A stretch of 64,000 nucleotides of DNA from Eledone cirrhosa (Eukaryota). Under the pieces are notes generated by a model. That model was not told the origin of the DNA. It saw only the letters and a program-made list of their open reading frames with translations, and ran no database searches. The position numbers and the translations under genes were made by a program. Shown in pieces: positions 61,001 to 64,000 of the stretch. How positions within the stretch are numbered: the first letter of the stretch is position 1; each line of letters begins with the position of its first letter. The stretch is taken from contig OZ024758.1 in assembly GCA_964016885.1 (NCBI GenBank), positions 37,138,001 to 37,202,000 of the forward strand, in the 5' to 3' direction.

Positions 61001-64000
61001 TGTTGGTGAGAATTCATTTAAGTTCATGGTATTAGCTGTCAGAAGGAACTCCAATGTTGGTGAGAATTCATTTAAGTCATGGTACTAGCTGTCAGAAGTA
61101 ACTCCACTGTTGGTGAGAATTCATTTAAGTTCATGGTATTAGCTGTCAGAAGGAACGCCACTGTTGGTGAGAATTCATTTAAGTTCATGGTATTAGCTGT
61201 CAGAAGTAACTCCACTGTTGGTGAGAATTCATTTAAGTTCATGGTACTAGATGTCAGAAGTAACCCCAATGTTGGTGAGAATTCATTTAAGTTTATGGTA
61301 TTAGCTGTCAGAAGTCACTCCAATGTTGGTGAGAATTCATTTAAGTTCACGGTATTAGCTGTCAGAAGTAACTCCACTGTTGGTGAGAATTCATTTAAGT
61401 TCATGGTATTAGCTGTCAGAAGTAACTCCACTGTTGGTGAGAATTCATTTAAGTTCATGGTATTAGTTTGTCAGAAGTAACTCCACTGTTGGTGAGAATT
61501 CATTTAAGTCATGGTATTAGTTGTCAGAAGTAACTCCAATGTTGGTGAGAATTCATTTAAGTTCATGGTATTAGCTGTCAGAAGTAACTCCACTGTTGGT
61601 GAGAATTCATTTAAGTTCATGGTACTAGCTGTCAGAAGTAACTCCACTGTTGGTGAGAATTCATTTAAGTTCATGGTATTAGCTGTCAGAAGTCACTCCA
61701 ATGTTGGTGAGAATTCATTTAAGTTCATGGTATTAGCTGTCAGAAGTCACTCCACTGTTGGTGAGAATTCATTTAAGTTCATGGTACTAGCTGTCAGAAG
61801 TAACCCCAATGTTGGTGAGAATTCATTTAAGTTCATGGTATTAGCTGTCAGAAGTCACTCCAATGTTGGTGAGAATTCATTTAAGTTCATGGTATTAGCT
61901 GTCAGAAGTAACTCCACTGTTGGTGAGAATTCATTTAAGTTCATGGTATTAGCTGTCAGAAGTAACTCCACTGTTGGTGAGAATCCATTTAAGTTCATGT
62001 TATTAGCTGTCAGAAGTAACCCCACTGTTGGTGAGAATTCATTTAAGTTCATGGTATTAGCTGTCAGAAGGAACTCCAATGTTGGTGAGAATTCATTTAA
62101 GTCATGGTAATAGCTGTCAGAAGTAACTCCACTGTTGGTGAGAATTCATTTAAGTTCATGGTATTAGCTGTCAGAAGTAACTCCACTGTTGGTGAGAATT
62201 CATTTAAGTTCATGGTACTAGCTGTCAGAAGTAACTCCAATGTTGGTGAGAATTCATTTAATTTCATGGTATTAGCTGTCAGAAGGAACTCCACTGTTGG
62301 TGAGAATTCATTTAAGTTCATGGTATTAGCTGTCAGAAGTAACTCCACTGTTGGTGAGAATTCATTTATGTTCATGGTACTAGTTGTCAGAAGTAACTCC
62401 ACTGTTGGTGAGAATTCATTTAAGTTCATGGTATTAGTTGTCAGAAGTAACTCCACTGTTGGTGAGAATTCATTTAAGTCATGGTATTAGTTGTCAGAAG
62501 TAACTCCAATGTTGGTGAGAATTCATTTAAGTTCATGGTACTAGCTGTCAGAAGTAACTCCACTGTTGGTGAGAATTCATTTAAGTTCATGGTATTAGCT
62601 GTCAGAAGTAACTCCACTGTTGGTGAGAATTCATTTAAGTCATGGTATTAGCTGTCAGAAGTAACTCCATTGTTGGTGAGAATTCATTTAAGTCATGGTA
62701 CTAGCTGTCAGAAGTAACTCCACTGTTGGTGAGAATTCATGTAAGTTCATGGTATTAGCTGTCAGAAGGAACTCCACTGTTGGTGAGAATTCATTTAAGT
62801 TCATGGTACTAGCTGTCAGAAGTAACTCCACTGTTGGTGAGAATTCATTTAAGTTCATGGTATTAGCTGTCAGAAGTAACTCCACTGTTGGTGAGAATTC
62901 ATTTAAGTTCATGGTATTAGCTGTCAGAAGTAACTCCACTGTTGGTGAGAATTCATTTAAGTTCATGGTATTAGCTGTCAGAAGTAACTCCACTGTTGGT
63001 GAGAATTCATTTAAGTCATGGTACTAGCTGTCAGAAGTAACTCCACTGTTGGTGAGAATTCATTTAAGTTCATGGTATTAGCTGTCAGAAGGAACGCCAC
63101 TGTTGGTGAGAATTCATTTAAGTTCATGGTATTAGCTGTCAGAAGTAACTCCACTGTTGGTGAGAATTCATTTAAGTTCATGGTACTAGCTGTCAGAAGT
63201 AACCCCAATGTTGGTGAGAATTCATTTAAGTTTATGGTATTAGCTGTCAGAAGTCACTCCAATGTTGGTGAGAATTCATTTAAGTTCACGGTATTAGCTG
63301 TCAGAAGTAACTCCACTGTTGGTGAGAATTCATTTAAGTTCATGGTATTAGCTGTCAGAAGTAACTCCACTGTTGGTGAGAATTCATTTAAGTTCATGGT
63401 ATTAGTTTGTCAGAAGTAACTCCACTGTTGGTGAGAATTCATTTAAGTCATGGTATTAGTTGTCAGAAGTAACTCCAATGTTGGTGAGAATTCATTTAAG
63501 TTCATGGTATTAGCTGTCAGAAGTAACTCCACTGTTGGTGAGAATTCATTTAAGTTCATGGTACTAGCTGTCAGAAGTAACTCCACTGTTGGTGAGAATT
63601 CATTTAAGTTCATGGTATTAGCTGTCAGAAGTAACTCCACTGTTGGTGAGAATTCATTTAAGTCATGGTATTAGCTGTCAGAAGTAACTCCATTGTTGGT
63701 GAGAATTCATTTAAGTCATGGTACTAGCTGTCAGAAGTAACTCCACTGTTGGTGAGAATTCATGTAAGTTCATGGTATTAGCTGTCAGAAGGAACTCCAC
63801 TGTTGGTGAGAATTCATTTAAGTTCATGGTACTAGCTGTCAGAAGTAACTCCACTGTTGGTGAGAATTCATTTAAGTTCATGGTATTAGCTGTCAGAAGT
63901 AACTCCACTGTTGGTGAGAATTCATTTAAGTTCATGGTATTAGCTGTCAGAAGTAACTCCACTGTTGGTGAGAATTCATTTAAGTTCATGGTATTAGCTG
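46002..64000. repeat. 54-bp satellite DNA (ttcatggtattagctgtcagaagtaactccactgttggtgagaattcatttaag), roughly 330 monomers, running off the window end
   Basis: Direct reading; EcoRI site in nearly every monomer; recurrent 53- and 55-bp variants. Confidence 0.98.

Noticed and set aside
46048-63989. Many long ORFs on both strands (MNLNEFSPTVELLLTANT / MVLAVRSNSTVGENSFKF), faintly cadherin-like (NEFSP, ENS)
   Set aside because: They arise from a 54-bp unit divisible by 3. Frequent 1-bp indels break the frame and there is no sign of codon-level constraint.

Overview
This is AT-rich, repeat-dense animal genomic DNA. The SINE families and abundant (TA)n/(CA)n suggest a cephalopod (Octopus-like) origin, but that is inference. 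Bases 1-28 kb hold ten plus-strand exons, each exactly 138 nt, phase 1-1 and AG/GT bounded. They splice in frame into 460 aa of tandem 8-Cys EGF/laminin-EGF-like modules (MEGF10/11, CED-1/Draper, SCARF-like ectodomain). Exons 1 and 2 are identical and lie in a recent ~6 kb tandem duplication. The introns contain tRNA-type SINEs, SINE-derived minisatellites, piggyBac, hAT and Tc1 relics, RTE and CR1 LINE pieces, a 5S rRNA fragment, and several inverted-repeat elements. Some of these carry minimal type I hammerhead ribozyme cores of the Penelope-like-element kind. A near full-length RTE LINE lies at 30.6-33.6 kb. At 34.4-40.8 kb a Helitron has a RepHel frame broken only by four TGA stops, followed head-to-tail by a non-autonomous derivative. 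From 46 kb to the window end is a 54-bp satellite with nested multi-monomer duplications. All calls were made by eye; no searches were run.
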